A DNA stretch of 64,000 bases, taken from NCBI GenBank assembly GCA_030390025.1, contig CM059432.1:87484001-87548000 (forward strand). The letters run 5' to 3'. This stretch comes from Squalus acanthias. Its lineage: Eukaryota. Under the pieces are notes generated by a model. The model was not told where the DNA came from. It saw nothing but the letters and a program-made list of their open reading frames with translations, and ran no database searches. The position numbers and the translations under genes are program-made. This document shows, one piece after another, positions 13,226 to 24,767 of this stretch; the first letter of the stretch is position 1; each line of letters begins with the position of its first letter.

Positions 13226-15057
13226 CTAAGTGTCTGTCTTTCGTGTGGGTTTTCCTAACTGCTCCTACGACGTGCTCCCCCAGTGGCTGCAGCATGGCTG
13301 GTGGAAGGCTGCTGAGTTTCTGTGCAGGAGACTTCAGATGACCTTGCAGGACGTCCTCAAGCAGCTCTGGCCTTAGAAAGTCTGGCTATAGACTGCACCA
13401 TCTCGGCATGGGCGGCAGCAGTCTGGGCTGGCTGGCTGACAGGCAGTGGCAAGGGCAATGGCGGAGTGGCAGTGGTGGGAGCAGGAATGCTGTCCTCCTG
13501 AGAGAGGACAGCAGGGTCCTGCTCCACTGATCCACTGCCACTCCCCCAGGACAGCGCCTCCGCATTCCTAGCAATCTGTTGGAGCACAGATTGCTGGCCT
13601 GATGCAACCTCTGCGAGCCCTGGTCGACACTGGTAAACCTAGCCACGATGGCAGCAGTCAGAGCTTGGGTGGCTTCACGCTGAGACTGCATGAGAGCAGT
13701 TTGAGCTTCTGCTGCAGCACTAAGACATTGGCTCGCTTCCTCCTGTGCTGCAGTGGAAGCTGCGACATCACCCATCATGCGCGCCATCATGTCTGGGTCG
13801 CCACAGTCTCTTCGGGAGTGTATCATCATTTCCAGGCTGGAAATCCTCGGCTCCATGCTCTGCGCAGTGGCCCGTGCAATGTTGGAGGCGGACTCCTCCA
13901 CGCTCCTTGACATTGCCGAGAGGCTCTCTGGCAGCCTTGCCATTGCACATATCATTTCTGTGTGCATGCCCATCACCCTTCTTCTGAAGGCCTCCCCATC
14001 GACATCCTCAACTGAGTCCTGTGCAGCAGAACTCACGCGCGAACGCACCCTCCGGAGAGCTGATCCCCGAGCTACCCTTTCCCCCTGGCCTTGCTGCAGC
14101 CCACTCGTGCCCAGTGCCTCATCCTGTGAAGATTCCACTTCTACACTAGCCTCTAAAGTTCGCATAGTGCCAGTTTCTGAGCTGGTGTCTGCGAATGAGA
14201 GATGCGGTGTCTTCTTCCTCCTTCTCTTCTTCTCCTCCTTCCTTAATCTCAGCGGTGCCCTCAAGGACAAGCTGCTCAGCTTCTTGTTCATTATCTGAAA
14301 GCAGAAAGGCACAAGAGCCGGGCTATGGTGGGGGGGCGGGGAAAGCCAGAATGCATGCATTCAGCATCAGTAGATTGAAAGTGAAAAAAGATTGTGGGCT
14401 GAGGGGGAAGTGGAATGTGAGAAGGAGGATTAGGAATGACCGTACCGTTGTTGGCCCAAGGTGTTCAACCTCGCTGGTGGCCACGCCCTCTACCATGTGC
14501 CATCCAGTGATCTCCAGCGCTCGCTCCTCGAGATGGCGTAGCTGTTGAATGTCCGCCTGTCTGCTCCTGCTCACGCCGATTATGTGCAACCTTGGCCTGC
14601 AAGAGAAAGAGAAGTGTTGAGTGAGTTTAGTGCAATGTGTTTGGGTGATGTGCCTGCCATAGTTGAATAGCAGTCATTGTGTGCAAGGTGTGAGATGTGG
14701 GTGTGAGTGTTGATAGGTAGAGATTTGTGAGTACTGGGGGTTGGTGCATTGAGCAGTGTGTGAAGCTTGTGGTGCAGATGGTGGTATGTGGCATTTACTG
14801 AAGCCTTCACTCACCTTGACCACCCGTGTGAGATCGTTAAACTTCTTCCTGCACTGGGTGTGGGTCCTGGGGACAACAGTGCTGGCCGTGACATGGTCTG
14901 CGATCTCACGCCACATGGTCTGGGATGTGTGTGGCGAGGGCCTCCTGCCAGTTTGTGGGTATAGGACCCTTCACCTCCTCTCCACTGCGAATACCAATGC
15001 CTGTGGAGCTTCATCGGAGAACCTCTGGGCTCTCTCCCTCTGTCTAGGTTCTGTCGT
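13226..15057 (-). pseudogene. Harbinger Myb/SANT (NAIF1/MSANTD-like) DNA-binding gene, 3 exons, disrupted
   Basis: Exon 1 is 15057-14815 (RFSDEA..WREIADHV..RTHTQCRKKFNDL, start ATG>ACG, one stop). Exon 2 is 14596-14446 (AKVAHNRREQ). Exon 3 starts at 14294. Introns are GT-AG. Confidence 0.85.
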
Positions 15058-15491
15058 GACGATTTGTAACTGGCTCTTGCTCGTCCTTAAGCTTGTTCAG
15101 TTTGCTGTTGGGGCAGCTGAAGACCCAACCACCCTGACAATGAGGTGCTGCAGCATTAATGCACCTCCCCTTTAAGTAGTGGAAAAAGCCTGTGGCGAGC
15201 ACGACTGTGAATTAGACTGGCCCCGATATTTGTCCATCTGTTGAGTGTTAAGCCAATGAGCATCAGTTTTAGCGCTGAAATCATGACTACAATCAAGTTA
15301 ATGAAGAGTGAGCACGAATTTAGCGTGCTAACTAGACCATTTTCAGGTGGCACAGCTTAACCTCATTTAGTCTTAACACTGCCCATTTTTTGGCTATATC
15401 CAATTTCTAGGCCAATATTTTTTAAATGGCGAAAAACTATTAAATGTTAGTGTTCAGAGAGATTTAGGTGTCCTCGTACAGGAAATACAGA

Positions 15492-16690
15492 GAGGGAGAA
15501 ATTCATTATAGCCCAGGAATGGGCACTAACTTTAGAAAAGTTTGAGATTTAGCGCCAGGCGCTAATGATTCAGATTGCACGCAAAATTCAGTCTCATTGC
15601 ACAAAGAAAGGATTGAAGCGCTAAATCAACGCTAATGGCCTAGCTCAGTGGCGTTATACTCAAAGCGCTGACCAATAGTCTAATCTCAACTCATCATTGT
15701 CAAAGGCTTTTCCCAGTACTTAAAGGGAAGGTTCATTGATACTGCAGCACCTCATTCTCAGCATTGCTGGCTGTGCAGCTGCCTCGGCAAGGAGAAGCAC
15801 AACAAGGAGAAGGAGCCGGAGGACTGAAGCAGGTGTGCTCATGGCAGATCCACCTCAGTCAGGTGGTCAGGGTGATTGAATGATTCACCAAATGCTACAT
15901 ACCACCATCTGTACCACAAACTTCACACACTGCCCAAAGCACCACACCCGCAGCGCTCACACACCAACAATCTCTACCTACCAACATTCACACTCACATC
16001 TCACACCTTGCACACTATGACAGCTATTCAACTATGGCAGGTGCAAGGGTCACTAGTTGTTGGAATGATTGTGATATGTGTGAAATGTTTATGCATAAAT
16101 TTATTCATGGAGTTTGCAATATTTTGTGGTCTCTCTCATTTCAACTTTACGCCCAGGAGGACGCTGTGATATGGCATGACAGAGGGATGGCATGATGGGC
16201 ATGTGGTGAGCAAAAGGGATCTGGGGTTTAAGTCATCCTGGTGTGAGGCTGGAGGTCTGTTTGGAGGAGGTGGTAGAATTCTGTGACCACCACCTTGGTG
16301 ATGTGGAGCCCTTTAATACACTGCTCCTCGCTTCATTGAAGGTAGGAGAAGTGCTCTCGAATACCCTTGGAGGGTAAGGCCTCCTGTTGAGAGCCCTCAT
16401 GGCCCTTCTCCCTCTGGCCACATGTTCCAGTCTTTCTCACTGCCTCTGCAGTAGATCCTGGAGGGTCAGGTCGACTGCCAGTACAGCGCCCATCAATGTA
16501 ACCAAGTGAAGCACTTTGATATGTTGTCAGAATAAATGTAACTAATTTTCAGTAGCCACAACTTTCCTGAAACTAAAGAACCTTTAAATGACTGAATTAA
16601 ACTGTTGCACAATCTCAAACTGACAAGGAAGCAGTGAAACAGCACCAGCCTGACAGCTGCGACTCATTACTCATCATCCCTTTAAGTAGC
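15492..16690. mobile_element. Non-autonomous Harbinger deletion derivative (one end lost at the RTE junction)
   Basis: End GAGGGAGAAATTCATTATAGCCC. Carries the Myb promoter, a deleted exon 1 and part of intron 1 on +, and the transposase 5' part on - (16233-16500). Confidence 0.8.
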
Positions 16691-17796
16691 ACTGGAGTGG
16701 AGCTAATCTACAGAACAAATGGGAAACTGTTCAACCTCCATCGCCTCCGTCCAGATCCAAGGTCGTCCCATCCTCTTGTCATCGAATTACAGTATGCAGA
16801 CGACGCTTGCATCTGCGCACACTCGGAGGTTGAACTCCAAACCATCGTCAACACCTTCACCAAAGAGTACGAGAGCATGGGCCTTACACTAAACATCCGT
16901 AAGACAAAGGTCCTCTACCAACCTGCCCCCGCCACACAGTACTGCTCCCCGATTATCAAAATCCATGACGAGGCCGTGGACAACGTGGACCAATTTCCAT
17001 ACCTCGGGAGCCTACTGTCAACAAGGGCAGACGTCGATGAAGAAGTCCAACACCGCCTTCAGTGTGCTAGTGCAACCTTCGGTCATCTGAGGAAGAGAGT
17101 GTTTAAAGATCAGGACCTCAAACCCGGCACCAAGCTCATGGTCTACAGAGCAGTAGTGATATCCGCCCTCCTGTATGCTTCAGAGACATGGACCATGTAC
17201 AGCAGGCACCTCAAAGCACTGGAGAGGTACCACCAACGCTGCCTCTGCAAGATCCTGCAAATCCATTGGCAGGATAGGTACACCAACGTAAGTGTTCTCG
17301 CTCAGGCCAACATTCCCAGCATCGAAGCTTTGACCACGCTCGATCAGCTCCGATGGACGGGCCACATCGTCCGCATGCCCGATACGAGACTCCCAAAACA
17401 AGCGCTCTACTCGGAGCTCCGACACGGCAAGAGAGCCCCAGGTGGGCAGAGGAAACGCTTCAAGGACACCCTCAAAGCCTCCTTGAAAAAGTGCAACATC
17501 CCCACTGACACCTGGGAATCCCTGGCCCAAGACCACACAAAGTGGAGGAGAAGCATCCGGGAAGGCGGCGAACACCTCGAGTCTCTTCGCCGGGAGCAAG
17601 TGGAAGCCAAGCGCAGGCAGCGGAAGGAGCGCACGTCAACCCAAGCACCCCACCCACCCGCCCCTTCAACCTCCGTCTGCCCCACCTGTGACAGAGACTG
17701 TAGGTCCCGCATTGGACTCATCAGTCACCTGAGAACTCATTTTTAATGTGGAAGCAAGTCATCCTCGGTTCCGAGGGACTGCCTAAGAAGAAGAAG
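16691..17796 (+). mobile_element. RTE-clade LINE, 5'-truncated
   Basis: Motifs ELQYADD, FPYLGS, QLRWTGHIVRM, GGQRKRFKDTLK and a C-terminal C2H2 finger CPTCDRDCRSRIGLISHLRTH, followed by an (AAG)n tail. Confidence 0.93.
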
Positions 17797-17815
17797 CACC
17801 AAAACTGGACACAAT

Positions 17816-18589
17816 GGGGTAAAAATTGAGTCGCGCCCCATTTGGGGCGCTAACCTCGCCGGGGCGCTACTTTTAGCGCCCCTGAAAAAATTAGCGGCCC
17901 CGCGCCGGAACTTCAGTGGTTGCGCCCCAAGAGGGAAGCGGGGCGCCACTGGAAGCACCCCGCATCCCTCTTGGGGCGCTGCGAGGGAATATCCTGGCGC
18001 TACGTGCCGCAGCGCCAGGCGCTGCGGCACATCGCGCCGCGGTATTGCAGGCCTTCCTCCCCTTCTTAAAGGGGAGGGACCCTGCGCAGCGCGAACCGGG
18101 GCCCAGCTGGGCCCCCAGGGATCGGGAGTGCCGGCAAAAGAGCCCGGCACTCAAGAGAAGTGCCGGGCTCTTGGAGCGCAGCCGGCACTTCACTGTGGAG
18201 GGGCTTCACGGGGGCCGGGGACAGCAACGGGGGCAGGTGCTGGCAGGCGGCCAGCAACAAAAATGGCCGCCTGCCACCTCCCCTTTAAATATCGCCGCCC
18301 CGGCCGCACGTACGCCTCCCTGAACCCGTCGGACATAGCGTCTGGCGGTAAATCAGGGGGCGCGACTGAAGATCGTGGCTGGAGCGCGAGCGGGGTGCTG
18401 CGCACGGCGATGACGTCATCGCCGGCGGCGCAGCGCCACAGGGCGCTACCGGCTGGCGCCGCCGCTAACCTCCTGCTGAATTTTACGGGAGGCGTGGGCG
18501 GCGCTGCGCCCTGGCGTTAGCTGCTTTACGCCCCATTAGCGCCCTCTTAAGGCGCTAACGGGAGGCGCAAGCAGCTGAATTTTTCCCCC
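17816..18589. mobile_element. Harbinger-type MITE family A, inverted copy
   Basis: TIRs GGGGTAAAAATT / AATTTTTCCCCC and TSD AAT. It splits a minus-strand CR1 remnant (ggacac-aat-attc). Confidence 0.92.
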
Positions 18590-19239
18590 AATATTCTGTA
18601 TGAGTCCTGACCAAGGCTTTGTACAAGAGACAGGATAGTATCTCTTGCTTTGTATTTAATCATCCTGGCAATACAATGAATAGGAAAGGTTTTCATTTCA
18701 TTATAATGCATGTGTTGTCAGACCGTAGGAACAGAATAATGCAAGTAAATTAATGAAATCCTGGCATCAGCCACAATGCCTTCATTTTTCACAATTTCAC
18801 CTGTATTAGAAAGAGGACAGCTGGCTGCTAGGAGACCAATGATACCCACTCCAGCCCCGCCTAATGCAGTCTCAGCTTTGCTTTTCAGAACTCCCTCCCA
18901 AAACCCTTTCTACTTTTCTCTGCATCTTTAAAAGCCTTCCGAAAACCTATCTCTTCGACCATGCTTTAAGTTTTCTATTGCTGCTAGTTATCTGCTTCTT
19001 CTCTGTGGCTTGGGATCTTTACTACTTTAAATACCTAGATGAATGCAAGTTGTTATCATATAGATTACAATGCCACAGTAATTGTGTTCACTACTGTACT
19101 GTAAATAGGAAAATTGTAATTTTAAAATAAATTTGCAATATTTGCACCAAATGGCGAACCTGGTAAATTTAGATCAACTACATTCCATAATTTCTGTAGT
19201 TTTTAATTAATGTTTATTTTCTCACTGGACATGTCTCGA

Positions 19240-21056
19240 TCGTCTTCTTCAACCCCTCTCCCCTGTCTCCTCCACACTCACCTCCAACAACAAGTGCGAG
19301 GAGCTCATGGACTTCTTTGTCTCTAAGGTTGAGACCATCTGATCAACTGCCTCTGCCACTTCCCTTCCTTCCCCTCGCCCACCGGGCCAAACTTCCCCTT
19401 GCCCTAGCCCTGAACTCACAGCTTTCTGCAGTTTCTCTCCGATCTCCCCTCTTGACCTCTCCATGCTCATCTTGTCCATGAGACTCACTTGCTGCTCCCT
19501 CAACCCTATTCCCACTAAACTACTGACCACCCAACTTCCTTTTCTGGCTCCCATGTTAGCTGATATTGTTAACGGTTCTCTCTCCTCAGGTACTGTCCCC
19601 CTCTCCTTCAAGTCTGCCGTCATCACCCCTCTCCTCAAAAAAACAACCCTTGACCCCTCCGTCCTTGCAAACTACCACCCCATCTCCAACCTCCTTTTCC
19701 TCTCCAAAGTCCTTGACAGTGTTGTCTCCTCCCAATTCCGTGTCCATCTTTCCTGGAACTCCATGTTTGAATCCCTCCAATCAGGTTTCCGCCCCTGCCA
19801 CAGTACCGAAACGGCTCTTATCAAAGTCACAAATGGCATCCTTTGTGACTGTGACAAAGGTAAACTATCCCTCCTCGTCCTTCTCGACCTGTCTGCAGCG
19901 TTTCACATGGTTGACCACTGGATCCATCTCCAACACCTCTCCACCGTCGTCCATCTAGGTGGGACTGCACTTGCCTGGTTCCATTATTATCTATCTAATC
20001 ATAGCCAGAGAATCACCTGCAATGGCTTCTCTTCCCGCTCCCGCATCTGTACCTCTGGGGTCCCCCAAGGATCTATCCTTGGCCCCCTCCTATTTCTCAT
20101 CTACGTGCTGCCCCTCGGCGACATCATCCGAAAACACAGCGACAGTTTCCACATGTACGCTGACGACACCCAGCTTTACCTCACCACCCCTCCACAGTCT
20201 CTAAATTGTCAGACTGCTTGTCTCATCCAGTACTGGATGAGCAGAAATTTCCTCCAACTAAATATTGGGAAGACTGAAGCCATTGTCCGCCACAAACTCC
20301 CTAGCCACTGACTCCATCCCTCTCCCTAGCATCTGTCTGAGGCTGAACCAATCCTGAAATGAGCTTCCGACCACATATCCGTGGCATAACTAAGACCGCC
20401 TATTTCCACCTCCATAACATCGCCCGTCTCCGCCCCTGCCTCAGCTCATCTGCTGCTGAAACCCTCATCCATGCCTTTGTTACCTCTAGACTTTACTATT
20501 CCAACGCACTCCTGGCTGGCCTCCCACGTTCTACCCTATGTAAACTTGAGGTCATCCAAAACTCGGCTGCCCCTGTCCTAACTCGCACCAAGTCCCGTTC
20601 ACCCATCACCCCTGTGCTCACTGACCACATTGGCTCCCAGTTAAGCAATGCCTCGATTTCAAAATTCTCATCCTTGTTTTCAAATCCCTCCATGATCTCA
20701 CCCCTCCTTATCATTGTAATCTCCTCCAGCCCCACAACCCCACGAGATATCTGCTCCTCCAATTCTGGCCTCTTGAGAATCCCTGATTTTAATCGCTCAA
20801 CCATTGGTGGCCGTGCCTTCAGCTGCCAAGGCCCTAAGCTCTGGAATTTCCTCCCTAAACCCCTCCGCCTCCCTACCTCTCTTTCCTCCTTTAAGACGCT
20901 CCTTAAAACCTACCTCTTTGACCAATCTGCCCTAATATCTCCTCATGTGGCTCGGTGTCAAATTTTGCTTTATAATGCTCCTGTGAAGCGCCGTGGGACA
21001 TTTTACTATGTTCAAGGCGCTATATAAATACAAATTGCTCTTGTTGTTGTTGTTGA
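19240..21056 (+). mobile_element. L2 LINE, 5'-truncated, degenerate RT
   Basis: Motifs NYHPISNL, QSGFR, STETAL, LLDLSAAF, GVPQGSILGP, YADDTQLY and LIHAFVTSRL, with tail gcgctatataaat...(TTG)n. Confidence 0.92.
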
Positions 21057-21474
21057 TCAGACAGACCCAATGGACTTTTCTCAGAGACATTTCCTGCAGC
21101 TTCAGCAATGGCATATAGTAAATAATAATGTTGTGGATGAATGCAGTCCCAGTTTTCTCTTTCTAAACGCTTTTTTGTTGACTGTCCATCTAAACAGTCA
21201 GCTTAAGAGCTAACAACCCGAACTTAACAGAGAGTGGAACTGTCACTTGATTAATAGGGGGTTAGTTTGCTCTACAAACTATTCTGTGTAACACAGAATA
21301 AGTGCTTACTTTTCCACAAGTAGATACTATATATGGTTGCTTACACTAGATATAAGTGTATAAACATGGAGATGTCACTCAAGATCACAAGTTAGGTTTA
21401 TACCTTGATGAGGGCTCCTCAGGTCACTTCTTCCAGAATACTGTCCCTACTGATGCAACATTGTTGCAGGAGAA

Positions 21475-22392
21475 TGAGAGCCGTGTATCCAAGTTTGCTG
21501 ACAACACCAAGTTCGTAAATAGTAAACAGTGTAGATGGGAGCAGAAAGTTGCAAAGGGACATTGATAGATTAAGTGAGTGGGCAAAACTGTGGCAGATGG
21601 AGTTGAATGTGGGGAGATGTGAGGTTATCCACTTTGGACCTAAGAAAGAGAGTATTTTCTACAAGTTGAGAAGCTGGGAATTGTGGAGGAACAGACAGAT
21701 TTAGGGGTCCAAGTACAGAAATCACTAAAAGCTAGTGGACAGATACAAAATATAATTTGAAAGGCTAAAGGAATGTTGGCCTTTGTCTCAAGAGGGCTGG
21801 AATACAAAGGGTTAGAAGTTATGTTACAGCTGTACAGAGCTCTGGTGAGACCCCATTTAGCATACTGCGTTCAGTTCTGGGCACTGCTCCTCAGGAAGGT
21901 TATATTGTGCTTTGGAGGGGGTTCAGCACAGATTCACCAGAATAATACTGAGGCTAAAAGGGTCAAATTATGAGGACAGGTTGCATAGACTAGGCTTGTA
22001 TTCCCTTGAGTATAGAAGATTAAGGGGTGATCTAATTAAGTTGTTTGCGGTGATTAAAGGATTTGACAGGGAAGATAGAGAAACTATTTCCTCTGGTGGG
22101 GGATTTCAGAACAAGGGGCCATGACCTTAAACTAGAGGTAGGCCGTCCGGGGGTGATGTCAGAAAGCACTTCACACAAAGGGTAGTGGAAATCTGGATCT
22201 TTCTCCTCCAAAAATCTGTTGAGGATAGATCAATTGAAAATTTCAAAACTGAGATTGATAGATTTTTGTTAGGCAAGGGTATTAAGAGTTACAGAACCAA
22301 GGCGGGTAGATGGATTTGAGATACAGATCAGCCATGATCTAATTGAACAGGCTCGAGGGGCTGAATGGCCTACTCCTGTTCCTATGTTCCTG
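21475..22392 (+). mobile_element. CR1 LINE 3' fragment, degenerate
   Basis: Motifs SKFADNTK and LYRALVRPHL, plus a CR1 3' UTR. Confidence 0.88.
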
Positions 22393-22593
22393 CTTAATTT
22401 GACCATTTCCTCTTGAAAGGGATTGACTGTTCTAGACACAATGAAGTTGCACTTGGAATGAGTCAGGTGCTATGGAAGTGGAAAAAAAACAGCTTACTTA
22501 GAGAAGAGGGGGCAACTTTAATAAGGTGGTGGCATTACAGGATGAGAGGACTTAGCTGTGAATTAGAAGAGGATATAAACCAAAGCCCTGGGG

Positions 22594-22672
22594 AGATGAA
22601 CCCTCAGAAGCCGATGAACCCTCAGCAGCAGATGAAACCTTAACAGGAGTTGAACCCAGAGGAGCCGATGAA
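22594..22672. repeat. Imperfect 18-bp tandem repeat (GATGAACCCTCAGAAGCC-like, about 4 units)
   Basis: Units are directly visible in the sequence. Confidence 0.65.
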
Positions 22673-24767
22673 CTGTAGCTGCGTGCTTGGCAGACAACAG
22701 ATTGATTGTGGGTGAGCTTATATATTTCATGGCTATATTGCTGTTTTGTACATAAACGGTTCTGTAATATGCCTATCTTTTGCTGAACTAAGTCAACTGA
22801 AGTGAGATTTATGTATTTGAAGAAATCTAATACTAAATAAACAATTAATTATATAAACTAATCTATTTATTGGTGTGGTTATCCATACTCGAGCCTAAGG
22901 CACGAATCCCATCTCCCTGGCTAGTGAACCACAGTCTGGTTCGCCAGAGATAACGGTCAGTTGGGAAGTACTTGAGATAGAGGTTCTCAGGTCCTGACCC
23001 TCATTGAAACATATAAAATTCTTAAGGAACTTGACAGGGTAGATGCTGGAAGGATGTTTCCCCCAGCTGGTGAACAGTGAAAGCTGAGGATGGCTTTAAG
23101 TGAGGTGAGCGCCACCTCACCAACGACTACTTTACTCCTGTTCAGCTGGTCACTAGGAGAGGTCGTTAATTACAGCGCTAGCCAGCAAAATGGCATGCAG
23201 CCTCTTTAATGAGTATTAGGGGCCAATTTAATTGGTAATCAGAGGCTTAATCATCCTCGGGGCAGCTGTTCTTAACGCGGTGCTTAAACTCCTTTACCAA
23301 CATGGCATCTTGCGCTAAAGACGGGCTAACCAGGCGTTGCAGCTCAAGACCCCATCTTGGCCACCTCAGAGGCTCTTTAGCGCCTAAACTACCAGCGCTA
23401 CAGTGGGGAAAATAACCCCCTCTATGTTTTACTTTGTATGAGCTGTCGACTTACTTGATCACTCTGTGTGAAGTGCAAACATAATTTCATTCCTCTACAT
23501 GTATGTTATTAAGGGCTCCATCTGTTCTTGCTGCGCTGTATGAGGTAGAGACTGCTTTACTGAAATACTTGTTTTTGCTATTGGCTATGTGTTTTGCCAC
23601 AGATGAATCAAAATTAATTATGTGTGGAAGTGCTGGCAACTTCATCCTGTGCAAAATGTTCTTTGCACTATTTCCAGATTTACAAATGTGCGCTCCCAAC
23701 TTCCCTTCTGGGAATGAACAGAAAATCACTGAGTGTATCTGCAATGCCCTGATATGAGTTCCAGGTTGGTGAGACCCCATGCCAGGAGCATGCATTCATA
23801 AAATTTACCACTAAATGCCATGTAAATGCATTGATGAAGTCAATAATATTGTTGTATCAACATATGAGGTTTTTGTGTATTGAAATTGTTTTACTTTGTT
23901 TTGTTCACAGATTAACAAGTTACTGGCCAAGCTTTGGGAGGGCCTGGAGAAAGCTCTGTGGAAGACTTAGTCGTTCCTACCACTCAGCAGTACATTGTTT
24001 TCTGCGTGGCATGTCTTCTGTGCCTGCACATTGGTTTTCATCCTGCTGTGTTCTCACTGTTCTCTGCTGAAATGGCTGTGGCAGAACTGAATGAAGGTGA
24101 CTCCTCTGTGGAGATATGAAGGACATTGTTCTATAACAAATTTGGGCTACAAGTGTCCTAAGATGCTGAAGACTCCAGAAACACACAAAATTATTTGTGT
24201 AGTTCAAATGCAGCTGAGGAATATGAACACGGAAATTCATACGAATTAATGACTTTCCCAACTGCAAGAAGATTGAGGTGACCATTATTAACAGTACTTT
24301 AAAATGACTTGGATTGGAGGAGATTGTTAAAAAAAATACTGTATCTCATTCTTACCTGACTGCTGTGACTCTGGAATATAATTTATGCTCTTGTAGAATA
24401 TACAGAACTGCTCTATGATCAGGCACTCAGGCCACTTGAGTCGGTTTTCAGTGTCCCTTAACTTCTGTGCTTTACTTTGGACCTTTGTTTACTGTATTTT
24501 ATTTTTTTACTTTGCATTTATTTCAGGTTGTTAATTTGATCCCTATGATGCTGATATAAAGCAATTTTGGAAATGTCTTTGTTTTCTTCAGTGTCATAGT
24601 CCATATATTAACTTGATTTTCTGGAGTTGGCAGTGGCAGTCAGAGGCACCTATGATTCCCATTGAGCCCTGATGTGGAGCCACATAAGTCTTATGACGTA
24701 AAAACAGAAAATGCTAGAAATACTCAGCAGGTCAGGCAGTATCTGTGGAGAGACAAACAGGGTTAAC

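Larger units (their letters stand above)
10816..15413 (+). mobile_element. Two-gene Harbinger transposon (transposase plus convergent Myb/SANT gene), inactivated
   Basis: Perfect 12-bp TIR GGCCTAGAAATT at 10816-10827 and 15402-15413, with both genes present. Flanks AGA/AAT do not form a TSD. Confidence 0.85.

Noticed and set aside
22428..22955. Possible second solo LTR (TGTT start, TATAAA, AATAAA)
   Set aside because: The end is AACG rather than CA and there is no direct TSD.
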